Source of the DNA: Octopus bimaculoides | Lineage: Eukaryota | DNA: 64,000 nucleotides | Reading direction: 5' to 3' | NCBI RefSeq assembly: GCF_001194135.2 | Contig: NC_068984.1 | Coordinates: forward strand, 115,818,214-115,882,213 | In this document: positions 61,382 through 64,000 of the stretch, piece after piece | Position numbering within the stretch: position 1 is the first letter of the stretch | How the letters are laid out: each line of letters starts with the position of its first letter | Made by a program: the position numbers and the translations under genes | Notes under the pieces: model-generated | What the model was told of the DNA's origin: nothing | The model's database searches: none | Seen by the model: the letters and a program-made list of their open reading frames with translations, nothing else

Positions 61382-62291
61382 CTTTTACAGCGTTCACAAC
61401 CAACGCAGCGCAACTCATTTCGTTTTTNNNNNNNNNNNNNNNNNNNNNNNNNNNNNNNNNNNNNNNNNNNNNNNNNNNNNNNNNNNNNNNNNNNNNNNNN
61501 NNNNNNNNNNNNNNNNNNNNNNNNNNNNNNNNNNNNNNNNNNNNNNNNNNNNNNNNNNNNNNNNNNNNNNNNNNNNNNNNNNNNNNNNNNNNNNNNNNNN
61601 NNNNNNNNNNNNNNNNNNNNNNNNNNNNNNNNNNNNNNNNNNNNNNNNNNNNNNNNNNNNNNNNNNNNNNNNNNNNNNNNNNNNNNNNNNNNNNNNNNNN
61701 NNNNNNNNNNNNNNNNNNNNNNNNNNNNNNNNNNNNNNNNNNNNNNATATATATATATATATATATAATCTTGTAAAATGAAACTGTCCATTAACCTTTA
61801 TAACCTTTATAATTGAATTGCTCTGAACCATTCTCTTCATCACAACATTAGATATGTCACTGTTATGAACGTCCATACAAAAATGCAAACACATATGTAT
61901 ATACGCTCACACAGATATAAACCTCCACTTCACACATACCCATGCATACCCATGTGCACACATGCATACTTAACTCCACATCAAAGTTTTGTAGTTCGTC
62001 GTGAGTTTCATTATGCAAGAATATAAAAAACTTGGTTTGAGTTTTGTGTTGGTTCAGTGATCTGGAAATACTAGTTTTTCTTCTTCTATTACGATATAAA
62101 TGAATGCATTTTATAAATCTACTCTAACCTCCGCACATCATCAGTTTAGAGAAGTACCTTGAGAGTAGTTTCGTTGTTCAGTGAGAGTGAGGACAATTGC
62201 TGTGAAACTGTTTTTATGCGACTTTATAGGACCTCTCTGCATTGTCATGCAATAAGCAGAGTCTGTATTTCATGTACTCTAGAGAGTATCG

Positions 62292-62775
62292 TCCGTCCAT
62301 CCATCCATCCATCCATCCATCCATCCATCCATCCATCCATCCATCCATCCATCCATTCATCCATCTTCACTGTCCACTATTCCTGGGAGGGTCGTGGCTG
62401 TAAAATCGTCAGGGCACCTCCTCTATTGAGTTTTATCCTAAGCAACCGTCATAACACTTTCCGGTTGGATTTTCAAGCGTGACCAAGACTATGGATATTA
62501 TCCAGCCATCTATTTCTTGATCTACTCCTAGGTCTCCTGCTGGTTGACTCGGCTTCAAGAATAATCTATCTTGCATTCCTTTCCCGTGACATACTAATCA
62601 CGAATTTTTTGTACCGTAGCTGTAACATTTCCATGCGGAGAATTTGCGGCCCGATCTAGAGAGGCACTCTGATCTCAGAGTTACGTACTCAGTTGAATAA
62701 ACCTACTCTACAGATCCTTCGGAAGAATCCTAGTTTGGCTGCTTGTATTCGCGATCTTATTCTTTATCGTCATTA
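62292..62775 (-). mobile_element. RTE-clade LINE 3' fragment with (TGGA)n tail
   Basis: IQAAKLGFFRRICRV...VRNSEIR...QLRY...MSRERNAR*IILEA...RRPRSRSRNRWLDNI...LQPRP, followed by (ATCC)n on the plus strand at ~62295-62355. Confidence 0.75.
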
Positions 62776-63654
62776 CCCAACATTGATGACCCTGGGTGAG
62801 GATAGGGAGAAAAACCACACTGAAAATAAATAGCAAAGTTGGCTTTTCAAATCAATTTCCCTTCTTCTGAGGATCGAGAACTGGAGCTGGCACATTACTA
62901 TACCAACAGCTGCATGCTTGAAAAAAAATGCGAGTAAAAGCTTTTAAAATTAATGGTTGCTTTCTTTCCAAAAATATTGAAAAAACGATGACATTTTATT
63001 TGGCAGCTGGCAAATTTGATTTGAGCGTGATACATCTCTAACAGCAGATTCTACGAAAAAAGATAAATGAACAATTTATTGTCACAATCAAAATATTCGT
63101 TGTCATTACATAGTATTTGAAAAAACAAACAAACAAACAAACAAACAAAGACATTCTATCTTGCCAATATTAGAATACATTTTAAAGAGTATCTTAATTT
63201 GCCTGAAGTATTGTAATATGTGTATATCACATCGATGTTTGAAAAGACAAATCGTTTGAGTAATAATGGGCAAAATATATATTGTGATGTCAATAAATGA
63301 AAATAAAGAGAAAAGATAGTGTTACTTTACATAGGTTGTTTAACAGTACAAAAATATCATAAGGTCATTAAACAACCTCTTTGAATTTATTATTATTTTT
63401 TTTATTGACATCACTTTACATATATTGCCTACTTTCATGCTTACATCGCTAAAGTTTTATTCAAACATTTGTATGATTTTTAAGAATGTGAATGAATCAA
63501 AATGAAAAACGTTGAGGTCTAGTGACATGGTGTCTGAAATAATACAGTAGAGAAGGTAACTCAAGAATATGGTGAAGAACTTACGAAGCAAACTTTATTG
63601 GCTGACTTGCACTAGTGATGAACTTCTTTGAACTGATTTATTAATTTCTTTATT

Positions 63655-63967
63655 CTTTTATTTGTTTCAGTCACCTGAAATCGACCCCAGGACTTAATAT
63701 TTAAGTCTAATACTTATTCTATCCTGTCTTCTGCCGATCTGCTAAGTTACAGAGGCATAAACACACAACCAAGCGATGGTGGGGGGACAAAATCAGACAT
63801 ACACACATATATACGACGGGCTTCTTTCAGCTTCCGTCTACCAAATCCACTCACATGGGTGAAAGGCAAAGTCGACCTCGGTGGAATTTGAACTCAGAAC
63901 GTAGCGGCAGACTAAATACCGGTAAGCATTTCGCTCGGCGTGCTAACGATTCTGCTAGTTCGCCGCC

Positions 63968-63970
<3 letters not shown>
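63655..63970 (-). mobile_element. Adjacent SINE C fragment (63655-63855) and SINE A head (63858-63970) ending in (AAT)n
   Basis: Both match the in-window consensus sequences. Confidence 0.8.

Positions 63971-64000
<30 letters not shown>

Larger units (their letters stand above)
1114..61746. other. Twelve assembly gaps (N runs), mostly bordered by microsatellites or repeats
   Basis: Approximate runs: 1114-1642, 2788-2832, 4188-4196, 6779-7217, 23141-23150, 26489-26520, 33173-33813, 40561-41084, 47207-48056, 49881-49950, 57464-58118, 61428-61746. Confidence 0.95.

Noticed and set aside
988-61894. Long ORFs (150-355 aa) in the ORF track
   Set aside because: They are runs of X across N-gaps flanked by (TA)n, (CA)n or (TATG)n translations (YIYI, HTHT, VCVC); no coding evidence.

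Overview
Repeat-dense, AT-rich eukaryotic DNA with 12 N-gaps and abundant microsatellites. The tRNA-derived SINE families, R4/Dong LINEs and TTAGGG repeat look like a coleoid cephalopod (Octopus-like) draft assembly; this is inference from recalled repeat families, not a database match. I found no host protein-coding gene I can name. The window reads as intron or intergenic space; most long ORFs in the track are gap or microsatellite artefacts, and the recognisable ones are transposon remnants. Supported elements: a nested cluster of R4/Dong (RLE-type) non-LTR retrotransposons (20.9-26.1 kb, one nearly full length) plus a 3' end at the window start; two or three internally deleted L1/Tx1-like elements; CR1/Jockey-like, RTE and Penelope (GIY-YIG) remnants; a mariner remnant; two near-identical non-autonomous Helitrons; several MITEs; and dozens of SINE copies from at least three main families (called A, B, C here). 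Most notable: (1) a 586-bp MITE with an 8-bp TSD and GG...CC termini whose centre is an outward-facing (TAACCC)3/(TTAGGG)5 palindrome; (2) an 88-bp near-perfect hairpin beside a ~400-bp palindrome; (3) a possible ~190-bp target-site duplication around an R4/Dong insertion; (4) SINE 3' tails matching Tx1-like and CR1-like LINE ends in this same window; (5) several unrelated retroelements all sitting in (AAT)n microsatellites. SINE and remnant boundaries are approximate (about +/-10-20 bp) unless TSD-defined.
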